Source of the DNA: Spirochaetales bacterium
Lineage (GTDB): Bacteria; Spirochaetota; Spirochaetia; UBA9216
DNA length: 64,000 bases
Direction of reading: 5' to 3'
Assembly: GCA_016342585.1 (NCBI GenBank)
Contig: JAEINK010000011.1
Span: forward strand, 29,757-93,756
This document shows positions 41,380 through 50,143 of the stretch, in pieces. Every line of letters begins with the position of its first letter. The first letter of the stretch is position 1. Position numbers and translations under genes: made by a program. Below the pieces are notes generated by a model. It made no database searches and was not told the DNA's origin. It saw only the letters and a program-made list of their open reading frames with translations.

Positions 41380-42854
41380 TGGAAGGTGCAATTGCTTTAT
41401 CAATTCTGGGACTTTTTATGTTTATTCCTCTGGTAATGGGGGGGATTGCCAATAAAAAATCCCTGCCGACAACCGAAGATTTTTTCGTACAAGGGCGTGC
41501 TATGGGGTCTCTGGCCGTATTCTTTACTGTTGCGGCAACCTGGTGGTCTTCATTCGCATTCCTGGGAGCACCCTCTTATTTTTATACAAGAGGTCCTGTC
41601 TACTGGACGGCTATTGCCTGGAACATACTCTTTGGTGTTCTCTATTATGTTATTGGAAAAAGGATTTGGTTCTATGGAAAAAAGAATAATCTGATAACAC
41701 CCAGTGATTTTTTCAGAAAACTCTATGGCTCAGGTCCTCTCGCCACCATAGTCGGGGTTATCATGCTCCTTTTTACACTTCCCTATCTTCAGATACAGCT
41801 GACCGGTGGTGCTTATTTAATAGAGGTAGCATCCGGCGGACTGATTCCCTGGAAAGTGGGAGGCCTGTTTTTCTATGCTATCATTGTAATTTATGTATGG
41901 GCCGGTGGACTTAGAGCCGTTGCCTGGACAGATATATTTTATGGTGTCCTCCTTTTCTTTGGAATGATCTTTGGCGGATTTTTTATTGCAGCCAAGGTTG
42001 GTGGAACCTCAGAACTTTTTAAGGTTCTCAGAGCAACAGCCCCCGAGTCATTAACATTGCCCGGACCGCAGGGCGTTCATGGTTATGGCCTCTGGATTTC
42101 CATGTTTATCATGGTTCCCATTGGTGCATTCATGGGACCACAGTTGTGGACAAGGATGTACTCTGTAAAATCTTCAAAACTTTTCAACCTTATGCCCTTC
42201 CTTCTTGGCTTTGCCGCTATTGCCTATGTTGGTTCCATGCTGTTGGGAAACACGGGTATGGTCCTGGAAGCTGGTGGTGTAGACAGGCCTGATAGAATTC
42301 TTCCCATCATGCTTTTTAAATATGCTCCTTTTGCTCTGGCCAGTCTTGTTTGTGCCGGTGGCGCGGCCGCGGCCATGTCTTCGGCTAACTCTCAGATCCA
42401 TTCCATGTCGGCTGTATATACGGTTGATTTTCATCAGAGATTCATAAACAAAAATATGGATCAGAAAGGTCTTGTCTGGGTCGGACGAATTGCTATTCTT
42501 GTTTTTGCCCTGATTGCCTATTTCATGTCTGTTTTCATTCCAGGATTGCTTGTTAATGTTGGTCTTGTGGCCTTAAGTGGCACAGCCCAGGTTTTTGTAC
42601 CAACAGCAGGAATCCTTTTCTGGAAAAAATCTACATCCTCCGGGGCTATTGCCGGTTTGTTAACCGGAGTCATCTTGTTATGCATTTTTACCTTCACTCC
42701 GTTGAGTGTCCCCTTTGGACTTCATTCGGGACTATTTTGCATTATCATTAATACCATAGTCTTTCTTATTGTAAGTCTTGTAACAAAACAGCGTGACTCG
42801 GAAATTATTGCGGCTCAGGAAGAGCAGAAAGAAATTTACGACAAAGCCTATTAA
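41379..42854 (+). CDS. Sodium:solute symporter (SSS family)
   Basis: EDFFV.GR, ATWWSSFAFLG, GGLRAVAWTD and AAAMSS motifs; ~13 TM. Confidence 0.94.
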   Translation: MEGAIALSILGLFMFIPLVMGGIANKKSLPTTEDFFVQGRAMGSLAVFFTVAATWWSSFAFLGAPSYFYTRGPVYWTAIAWNILFGVLYYVIGKRIWFYGKKNNLITPSDFFRKLYGSGPLATIVGVIMLLFTLPYLQIQLTGGAYLIEVASGGLIPWKVGGLFFYAIIVIYVWAGGLRAVAWTDIFYGVLLFFGMIFGGFFIAAKVGGTSELFKVLRATAPESLTLPGPQGVHGYGLWISMFIMVPIGAFMGPQLWTRMYSVKSSKLFNLMPFLLGFAAIAYVGSMLLGNTGMVLEAGGVDRPDRILPIMLFKYAPFALASLVCAGGAAAAMSSANSQIHSMSAVYTVDFHQRFINKNMDQKGLVWVGRIAILVFALIAYFMSVFIPGLLVNVGLVALSGTAQVFVPTAGILFWKKSTSSGAIAGLLTGVILLCIFTFTPLSVPFGLHSGLFCIIINTIVFLIVSLVTKQRDSEIIAAQEEQKEIYDKAY

Positions 42855-42887
42855 AGTAACATTTTCATAAATATAAGTTGTCAATAT

Positions 42888-42925
42888 GAGATCGTCCTGG
42901 ATTATTTTCGGGGCGGTCTTTTTTT
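42888..42925 (+). terminator. Intrinsic terminator of the SSS operon
   Basis: GAGATCGTCCTGGA...TTCGGGGCGGTCTT stem (with G-U pairs) followed by a T run. Confidence 0.7.
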
Positions 42926-42974
42926 ATTGCTAATTTCCTTTGCTTCTGTGATAAACGGTTTCCTGGTTGTGACG

Positions 42975-45900
42975 CTACCTATTTGACCCTAAATATTTAT
43001 TCAGCATTTCTGACAATTCTGTTGCCCTGAAGGGTTTTCTTATGCTATCGGTAAACCCGAAATCCCGCGGGTTTGCCATGATTGGATCTTCTGAATAACC
43101 GCTTGAGGCAAACACCGGTATTTCCGGAAAAATTTTCCGAAGTTCCATAATAGCGTCTTTCCCTCCCATGGCTCCGGGTATGGTTAAATCGAAAAGGGCG
43201 AAGGAGAAGGACCCCCCTTTTTCCGACTTCTCTTTGCATCTTGCAAGAGCTTCCTGACCATCCTGTGCTTCAATAATCGTGTACCCCATCGTTTTAAGCC
43301 TCATGCCAACCACTTCCCTGATGAAATCTTCATCATCCATTAATAGTACAGAACCGGAGCCGTTGTGTAATGCAGGTTTTAAAATTTCTTCATTTTCAGA
43401 CTTTTGTTGCCCTGCAGGAAGATAGATTTGAAAGGCTGTCCCTTTTCCCGGCTTTGATTCTACATCTATATGTCCTTCATGTTTCTGGATGATGGAATAA
43501 CAGGTGGCTAATCCTAACCCGTTACCTTTTTCTTTGGTTGTAAAAAAGGGATCGAATATTTTGGACATCAATTCCGGAGGAATTCCTGTTCCCGGGTCCT
43601 TGATTTCTATTTTAACGTACTTCCCTATAGTCAGGAGGGCCTCTTTTCCCCGGTCTAGAAAGACATTGTTTGCCTTAATGCTGATTGTCCCTCCGGAAGG
43701 CATTGCCTGCTTGGCATTGATTAGGAGGTTATCTATAACCTGACCTATCTGATTTTTATCAAAATCACAAAGCCAGAGATCCTCATCGATTTCGTAATCA
43801 CAGCTTATATTCGAGCCTGCGAGGACAAAAGCCGAGTTTTTAAAAATAAGTTTTCCTAAATTCCCTGTTTCTCTTTTAGGTTTTCCATCCTTTGAAAAAG
43901 TAAGTATTTGCCGGGTTAGATCCTTTGCCCTGTCATATATAGTCATGGCTTTTTCAAGGTTAACCGTTACATCATTTATTTCTGTGTTACTCTCCTGAGC
44001 CATTGTAATATAGCCGAATAATCCTCCCAGAAGATTGTTGAAATCATGGGCGATCCCTCCCGCCAGGACTCCAATCGAATCCAGTTTGTCGATCCGCTGG
44101 AGTTTTTCCTGGAGTCTGCTCTTCTCTGTCATATCACGAAAGACAAGGACCACACCGATTGTTTTACTGTTTTTATCTTTTATAGGAGCACCACTGTCGG
44201 CTATAATCCTTTCTGTTCCATCCCTGGCTATTAACAGGGTATGATTGGACAATTCGATAATCTCTCCTGTAGTGAGCACCTTTTTTACAGGATTTTCATG
44301 AGGTTCGCGTGTATTTTCATTTATTAAATTGAAAACCTCAGAAAGGGGCTTTCCTGCCGCCTCTTTTTGACTCCAGCCGCAGAGTTCTTCAGCAACCCGG
44401 TTTACCAGGACAATATTCCCTTGAATATCTGTTGTAATTACGCCATCGCCAATACTTCTCAGGGTTACAGTAAGTTGCTCTCGTTCTTCAGAAATTCTGG
44501 CTTCAGCCAGTTTACGTTTGGTAATATCAAAAAATAGAACGGCAAATTGGTTTTTTGCAGGGCTGAAGGCGAAGATATCATAGTAGCGATCCAGAGGGGC
44601 TGAGTAGTTTTCAAAATTCATGGGTTCACCAGTAAGGGCGACTTTGCCGTAATTTTCAATCCAGATAGGTTCTGTTTCCGGCAGGACTGATAAGACCGTT
44701 TTTCCAATAATTTCGGTTTTTTTTAGTCCGGTTAATCGTTCAAAGGCTGGATTTATTTCCAGGAACCGGTAATCAACAGGATTGCCCGCATCATCTAGGA
44801 TGATCTCATGTAAAGCGAATCCTTCAATCATAGTGTTAAAAAGAGAACTGTATTTTGCTTCACTTTCCCGTATTCGGTTCTCATTCAATTTTCGGTCGGT
44901 TATATCCTGGGCGAGGATCTGGATTCCTATAATACTCCCATTTGAACCTTCTATCCTGGAGTACGTACTCAAAAACCAGATAGTTTCAGAACTAAAAATT
45001 ATTTTGTCCTCATAGACCATTGGTTTCTCTGAGAGTGCCGATAATGCTAGTCTCTCTTTATAAACAGCAGCTTCTTCAGGAGGAAATAGATCAGAAAGAG
45101 ATTTTCCGACAAATTCCTCCGGAGAACCGTTCATGTATTGTGCGGCCAGATGGTTATAGGAAATAACAATTCCCTCCACCGTGTAGTAGCCCACACCCAT
45201 CCCCGAGTTTTCATGAAGCCGTCTGAATTTCTCTTCACTTTCTCCCAGCTCCTCTGTAATCTCCAGAAGCTCTATGGTCCTTTTTGCAACCTGGGTTTTC
45301 AAAGATTTCATCCAGAACGCCACAGCCAGACCCATCAACAGGATAGGAAGTGCCACAATCAAGAATAGTTTTATAAGGGTCCTTGTTGAAATTGCTGCTC
45401 CTTTCTCATAGATTCCCAGCCATTTCTTTGTGATTTCATGATATATACCGTTGGACTTAAGGAGTGATAATCCCTGGGAGAAGGGAAGCAGAAGCCTGTA
45501 ATTTTCATCGAGGGCACCGTAATTGTATTCACTTGATAATATGGATTCCGGATCCGAAACAAGGTTTTTCAAATTTAATTTTTCTATCCAAAACAAGGAG
45601 GAATTACGGGATATCAGGGCAAAATCAGCCTCTCCGGCCGATAAACGAAGAAGAGCTTCTTCCTGGTTTTGTGTCAGGATTAAATTATCTGAATACCCTT
45701 GTTTTGTCAGATACTCATGAGTTATATTCCCTTTCATGACCAGAATGGTCCCGGTTTTCAGCTCAGAGAACTCAATAATCGGCTTGCTGTCCCTCCTCCG
45801 GACAAGGACATGATCCATGACCGTGTAGGGAGGTGAAAAGGAGAATGTTTTATCCCTTCCTGTTGAATAGTAAAGGCCTTGAACCAGGTCAATCTCTCCC

Positions 45901-46931
45901 CGCAGCAACTCTTTGTATATTTGATTCCAGGGGCCCAGTCTGATCTCTATGTCCAAACCCATTTCCTGAGCGATGGCTCGGGTCAGATCCACATTGTATC
46001 CAGTCGGCTGGCCATTCTCATCCAGGAATTCATAGGGAGGAAAGGAGTCATCTCCCCCAATGATCAGGTGGGTATCCCTTACTCTACTTGTTTCTATATT
46101 GGTAAACCATTTTTCCTGGAGGCGGTCGAAGGTCCCGTTAGCCATAGACAAAGCTAGGCCCTCATTCAGGATGGCCAGGAGTTCATCATCCCCTTCGGCC
46201 ACGGCAAAACAAAAGGATTGTTTGAAGTCGTCGAGGATCAGGTTCCCGATTTTCAGGTTTTCCAGGCCCATTTCTGTTTTAAGCTGAATCGCAAGGAGGC
46301 GCTGCATGACCACGGCATCCAGTTTTTCTGCTGATAATAGTTCAAGGGCCTCCTGGAACGTCTTTGTTGTTATTAGATTGATAGGGGTTGTCTGCCTTCG
46401 CACATACTCTTCAGCATTGTCACCTTCCATTACCCCGACCCTGAGTCCTGCCAGCTCCTCGAAATTCTCCGGTATCGGGCGGCCCTCCGGTACAACAATG
46501 GTTCCATACCTTGTCAGGTAGGGGAAGGTGAAATCAAAAATACTCTCCCTTTCGGGTGTCCTCCCGACAAGGGGGAGAGCCTGGATGGTTTTTTCTTCCA
46601 AAGCCTGTTTAACGATCTCCCAGGAATCCACCTGAAAAACAGCCTTTTTTCCCATAACCTCCAGGCTGGCCTGGATAAGTTCCACAGAAAAGCCGCGGGC
46701 TGTACCATGGCTGTCTACCATACTGTAGGGGGGGTACCCGTATTCCACACCGACAAGGATGGAATCAGAAGGGGGCAAAGGGGCAGACTGATCTTCTGCC
46801 AGGAGGAGACTGTTACTGTTGGTTAAGAGGAGTAACAGGATTATAGATAGGGCTACACCTGTTGAGCGATACTTATATTGTGAGCCTTTTTTGCATATTC
46901 CGTGCTGAATATCACTGGAATTATATGTCAT
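42975..46931 (-). CDS. Hybrid sensor kinase: 2 periplasmic SBP_bac_3 domains, TM, 3 PAS, HisKA, HATPase, REC (start uncertain)
   Basis: YPPYS and FPPYE Venus-flytrap motifs, three PAS repeats, AHDFNNLL, FDPFFTTK.GNGLGL, and a terminal receiver LLMDDE...DLTIPG...KPF. Confidence 0.93.
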   Translation of the reverse strand: MTYNSSDIQHGICKKGSQYKYRSTGVALSIILLLLLTNSNSLLLAEDQSAPLPPSDSILVGVEYGYPPYSMVDSHGTARGFSVELIQASLEVMGKKAVFQVDSWEIVKQALEEKTIQALPLVGRTPERESIFDFTFPYLTRYGTIVVPEGRPIPENFEELAGLRVGVMEGDNAEEYVRRQTTPINLITTKTFQEALELLSAEKLDAVVMQRLLAIQLKTEMGLENLKIGNLILDDFKQSFCFAVAEGDDELLAILNEGLALSMANGTFDRLQEKWFTNIETSRVRDTHLIIGGDDSFPPYEFLDENGQPTGYNVDLTRAIAQEMGLDIEIRLGPWNQIYKELLRGEIDLVQGLYYSTGRDKTFSFSPPYTVMDHVLVRRRDSKPIIEFSELKTGTILVMKGNITHEYLTKQGYSDNLILTQNQEEALLRLSAGEADFALISRNSSLFWIEKLNLKNLVSDPESILSSEYNYGALDENYRLLLPFSQGLSLLKSNGIYHEITKKWLGIYEKGAAISTRTLIKLFLIVALPILLMGLAVAFWMKSLKTQVAKRTIELLEITEELGESEEKFRRLHENSGMGVGYYTVEGIVISYNHLAAQYMNGSPEEFVGKSLSDLFPPEEAAVYKERLALSALSEKPMVYEDKIIFSSETIWFLSTYSRIEGSNGSIIGIQILAQDITDRKLNENRIRESEAKYSSLFNTMIEGFALHEIILDDAGNPVDYRFLEINPAFERLTGLKKTEIIGKTVLSVLPETEPIWIENYGKVALTGEPMNFENYSAPLDRYYDIFAFSPAKNQFAVLFFDITKRKLAEARISEEREQLTVTLRSIGDGVITTDIQGNIVLVNRVAEELCGWSQKEAAGKPLSEVFNLINENTREPHENPVKKVLTTGEIIELSNHTLLIARDGTERIIADSGAPIKDKNSKTIGVVLVFRDMTEKSRLQEKLQRIDKLDSIGVLAGGIAHDFNNLLGGLFGYITMAQESNTEINDVTVNLEKAMTIYDRAKDLTRQILTFSKDGKPKRETGNLGKLIFKNSAFVLAGSNISCDYEIDEDLWLCDFDKNQIGQVIDNLLINAKQAMPSGGTISIKANNVFLDRGKEALLTIGKYVKIEIKDPGTGIPPELMSKIFDPFFTTKEKGNGLGLATCYSIIQKHEGHIDVESKPGKGTAFQIYLPAGQQKSENEEILKPALHNGSGSVLLMDDEDFIREVVGMRLKTMGYTIIEAQDGQEALARCKEKSEKGGSFSFALFDLTIPGAMGGKDAIMELRKIFPEIPVFASSGYSEDPIMANPRDFGFTDSIRKPFRATELSEMLNKYLGSNR

Positions 46932-47183
46932 TTATAATAGACCTTTTCAAATCCTGATAAAATCAGATTCTCCTTCAAGTATAGTGGATCGAAAATCAGA
47001 GTGCAAACTTGTTCGGAAAATTAAAATGGGGATTACCTTTGACTGTTTCTATAACGAATTTCATTAAGGTTTATTATTCTGTCTGAGAAGTATGGTGGAA
47101 TTGAGCTTCTATTTGAGGCCTCTTCATACATCAGCAGAGTCTGAAAACGCACCAATAAAGAAATAGAAAAGATGGAATAAACC

Positions 47184-47217
47184 CCCTCTTAAGCTTCTAT
47201 TCAGATGCTTAAGAGGG
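47184..47217 (-). terminator. Hairpin terminator after the CoA-disulfide reductase gene
   Basis: 11 bp stem CCCTCTTAAGC...GCTTAAGAGGG, ~25 nt past the stop. Confidence 0.75.
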
Positions 47218-47241
47218 AAACTATAGTTCTTTTCGTCTGTT

Positions 47242-49251
47242 TTATACTGCCTGGGCCATCATCTGCATAAGGCCGCCGCCATTTGTCAGATTGGTAAATC
47301 CACTCTGTTTCAGGAGACGAAGTCCATAGGCACTTCTGGCTCCGGAGGCACAGTAAAGGATTAGTTCACGGTCCTTATCTCCCAATTCCTCAATGCGATT
47401 AGTTATCTCATCCAGGGGGACATTAACAGCCCCGGGATAAGCTCCCATTCTGTACTCTTCGGGGGAGCGTACATCCACAACGAGGGTTCCTGTTGATTCG
47501 GCCGTCTCTTTTTCCATCACGGTTTCTTCCTGAACAGTTCTCTCCTCTTCGTCTATACTCTTTTTCTCCACGGGCGTCATGTTTATGGCAAGGAAGTTGA
47601 ATCCTTCGGCCCTCTGGTACCGTTCCAGACTCTGGTAACCACCGGAGATGTACTTCACATTTTCAAAACCCGCAAGGATGAGGGACCGCGCAAGCCTGTG
47701 GGCAACCTTTCCTGTATCGTCACAGACAAATATGGGTGTGGATTTATCGGTACTGGAAAGTTTCTCATTTACCTGTTCTGCTGCCAGATTCACCGAGCCT
47801 TCCACATGTCCCTTTCGAAAGGTGAACACATCCCTTATATCCAGAAGGATAACACCTTCATTACCGATACTCTTTTCCAGTTCAGCGGCTGTGACAACAG
47901 GACTATATCCGGACATTCTGTTCTGAGCGGCGAAACCGGCAATATTCACAGGATCGTTTGCAGAACCAAAAGGGGGGGCATAGGCCAGATCCAGCTCCGA
48001 AAGATCGGCTACCGTCAGTTTGGCATATATTGCTGTAGCAAGAACATCGAGCCGTCTATCGACACCGGCTTCTCCGGATACCTGGGCGCCCAAGAGTTTT
48101 CCCGACTCTTTTTGATAGATCAGCATGATGGTCATCATTTTACCACCTGGGTAATAGCCCACATGATTCTCCTTGCGGATAACTATAGTCTCCGGATTTA
48201 AACCGGCTTCTTCCGCCTGCTTGATGGTTACACCTGTGCTTCCGGCAACGGTATCAAAGAATCTTACGATGGAGGTTCCCTGAGAACCCCGGTAAGCCAT
48301 GGTTTTGTCTGAAATTGCGTTATTCGCGGCAATTCTCCCCTGCCTGTTGGCGGGGCCTGCCAGGGGAATTCGTACGGTTTTATTCAGAACCTTATGGTTG
48401 ATTTCTGCCATATCCCCGCCGGCAAAAATGGAGGCATCACTTGTCCTTAGATTCTGATCGACAAGGAGTCCTCCGGATGGTCCTAATTCAAGGCCGGCAT
48501 CCTGTGCCAGCTTCAGGGTTGGTCTTACGCCTACAGAGAGAAGAACCATATCCGCTTCCACCTCCGATCCATCATTCAGGGTAACGCTTCTATCCTTTAT
48601 GGCTGTAACGGCTTTTCCGGCATAGAGATGTGCGGAACGGGCTTCCATCTCCTCCTGAATCGATGCCGCAATCTCCGGTTCCAGGAGGGGCATCACGTGG
48701 GAGGCCATCTCTATGACGCTGACTTCCATTCCACGCTTGGTAAGCGCTTCTACCATCTCAAGTCCAATGAATCCACCGCCCACAACGACTGCTTTTCGGG
48801 GGCTTTTTCCGGTTATAAAACTATCGATCTTATCCATATCATCCAGGGTCCAGAGGGAGAATACATGATCTTTCTCAACACCCGCCATCCCGGGAATAAA
48901 CGGTTTTCCACCCTGGGCGAGGATGAGCTTATCATAGGGGTATTCCCGCTCTTCGCCACTGGCCTTGTGCAGAGCTTTAACCATTTTGGCGTCCCTGTTT
49001 ATCTCTATTGCTTCGGTCAGGGTTTCTACCTTCACATTATACTGGGAGTGAAAGCTTTCAGGACTCTGAAGGATTAGTTGGGACCGTGATTTTATATCTC
49101 CGGCGATATAGTAGGGGAGGCCGCAGTTAGCAAAAGATACGTCCACCCCTGCTTCCAATATTGTAATATTCAAATCGGGATCCATTCTTCTGGCCCTTGC
49201 TGCTGCTGTGGCTCCGGCGGCCACGCCGCCTATAATTAACAAGTTATTCAT
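47242..49251 (-). CDS. CoA-disulfide/persulfide reductase (CoADR/Npsr family) with two C-terminal rhodanese domains
   Basis: GGVAAG, SFANCGLPY (redox Cys), GGGFIGLE and LAYAPPF motifs, then rhodanese domains LLDIR...CDDTG and VVDVR...YCASGARS. Confidence 0.92.
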   Translation of the reverse strand: MNNLLIIGGVAAGATAAARARRMDPDLNITILEAGVDVSFANCGLPYYIAGDIKSRSQLILQSPESFHSQYNVKVETLTEAIEINRDAKMVKALHKASGEEREYPYDKLILAQGGKPFIPGMAGVEKDHVFSLWTLDDMDKIDSFITGKSPRKAVVVGGGFIGLEMVEALTKRGMEVSVIEMASHVMPLLEPEIAASIQEEMEARSAHLYAGKAVTAIKDRSVTLNDGSEVEADMVLLSVGVRPTLKLAQDAGLELGPSGGLLVDQNLRTSDASIFAGGDMAEINHKVLNKTVRIPLAGPANRQGRIAANNAISDKTMAYRGSQGTSIVRFFDTVAGSTGVTIKQAEEAGLNPETIVIRKENHVGYYPGGKMMTIMLIYQKESGKLLGAQVSGEAGVDRRLDVLATAIYAKLTVADLSELDLAYAPPFGSANDPVNIAGFAAQNRMSGYSPVVTAAELEKSIGNEGVILLDIRDVFTFRKGHVEGSVNLAAEQVNEKLSSTDKSTPIFVCDDTGKVAHRLARSLILAGFENVKYISGGYQSLERYQRAEGFNFLAINMTPVEKKSIDEEERTVQEETVMEKETAESTGTLVVDVRSPEEYRMGAYPGAVNVPLDEITNRIEELGDKDRELILYCASGARSAYGLRLLKQSGFTNLTNGGGLMQMMAQAV

Positions 49252-49286
49252 TGTTGACCTCTTTATCTATAAAATATTATATATAA

Positions 49287-49315
49287 ACATTAACCTATAT
49301 AGATTTAAATGTCAA
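49287..49315 (-). promoter_or_regulatory. Candidate sigma70 promoter of the CoA-disulfide reductase gene
   Basis: The minus strand reads TTGACA-17 nt-TAATGT, ~35 nt upstream of the ATG. Confidence 0.45.
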
Positions 49316-49409
49316 CATATTAAAAACAATATATAATAGTATTATACAAATGGAAAGGTTGAACCAAACGACAACCGATGACTGTTCCGGATTTCCCTGT
49401 GATCGTTTC

Positions 49410-49471
49410 TTGCGATCCCCGGTCAACCATGCTAATATCCAAATGAAAACTATAAACACTTTTTTAGTTTT
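49410..49471 (+). promoter_or_regulatory. Promoter and probable auto-operator of tetR
   Basis: TTGCGA-17-TAATAT with extended TG, followed at +1 by the inverted repeat AAAACTA-N12-TAGTTTT (49446-49471). Confidence 0.6.
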
Positions 49472-49499
49472 GCTTCTTTCCAACAATCGAGGAGAAAAA

Positions 49500-50045
49500 A
49501 TGTCCGATCAGTTATTTTTTGATACCGTCATTGATCAGTTTAACCGCAGGGGGATAAAATTCACTCTGGATGAGGTTGCCTCCGCCATTCGGATTAGCAA
49601 GAGGACTATCTACGAGAAGTACGGCAATAAGGAGCAGATCCTTATGCTCACTGTGGACCATTTTTTTTCCTCTTTGAAAAAACAGGAAGCCCTCATTATT
49701 AAAAATGAGGAATTGGATATCATCGAAAAGATCCGGCAGACTATAACCCTTTTCCCCCCACTGCAAATAGAATTCAGTCATATTGATAGTATTCGGGTCA
49801 TCTATCCGGATGCCTATCATGAGATCCTTCATCAGTTCGAGATCAACTGGGAGAATACCTTCTCTCTCCTCAGAACAGCCTTCTCCGAGGGGCGGCTGAG
49901 GGAGTTCGATCTTCCCACTTTCAGGATCATCTTCCTTGGTATTTTTCAGGAGCTCATGGAGTACGATGAGGCGGGGCAGAGGGAGAAACTGCTTCAATGT
50001 CTCGATCTCATTCTTGACGGTTATATTATTAATACAAATCAATAA
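49500..50045 (+). CDS. TetR/AcrR family regulator
   Basis: FTLDEVASAIRISKRTIYEKYGNKE HTH. ATG 49500 has a GAGGAG SD, so the ORF-track extension from 49350 is non-coding. Confidence 0.9.
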   Translation: MSDQLFFDTVIDQFNRRGIKFTLDEVASAIRISKRTIYEKYGNKEQILMLTVDHFFSSLKKQEALIIKNEELDIIEKIRQTITLFPPLQIEFSHIDSIRVIYPDAYHEILHQFEINWENTFSLLRTAFSEGRLREFDLPTFRIIFLGIFQELMEYDEAGQREKLLQCLDLILDGYIINTNQ

Positions 50046-50053
50046 ATAATTTA

Positions 50054-50121
50054 TGTACAGATAGAAGATCCGGTGTTATAGTTAGGAAAACGCAAAAAAC
50101 GATATGAGTTTTACGAGTTTT
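50054..50121 (+). promoter_or_regulatory. Promoter and overlapping operators of the glycoside operon
   Basis: TGTACA-17-TATAGT with extended TG. Two AAAAC-N16-GTTTT sites (50087-50112, 50096-50121) match the site upstream of tetR. Confidence 0.55.
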
Positions 50122-50143
50122 ATCTCGGAGATTCTTGTAAAGG

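Noticed and set aside
49350-49499. N-terminal 50 aa extension of TetR
   Set aside because: This stretch contains the promoter, operator and SD for ATG 49500.
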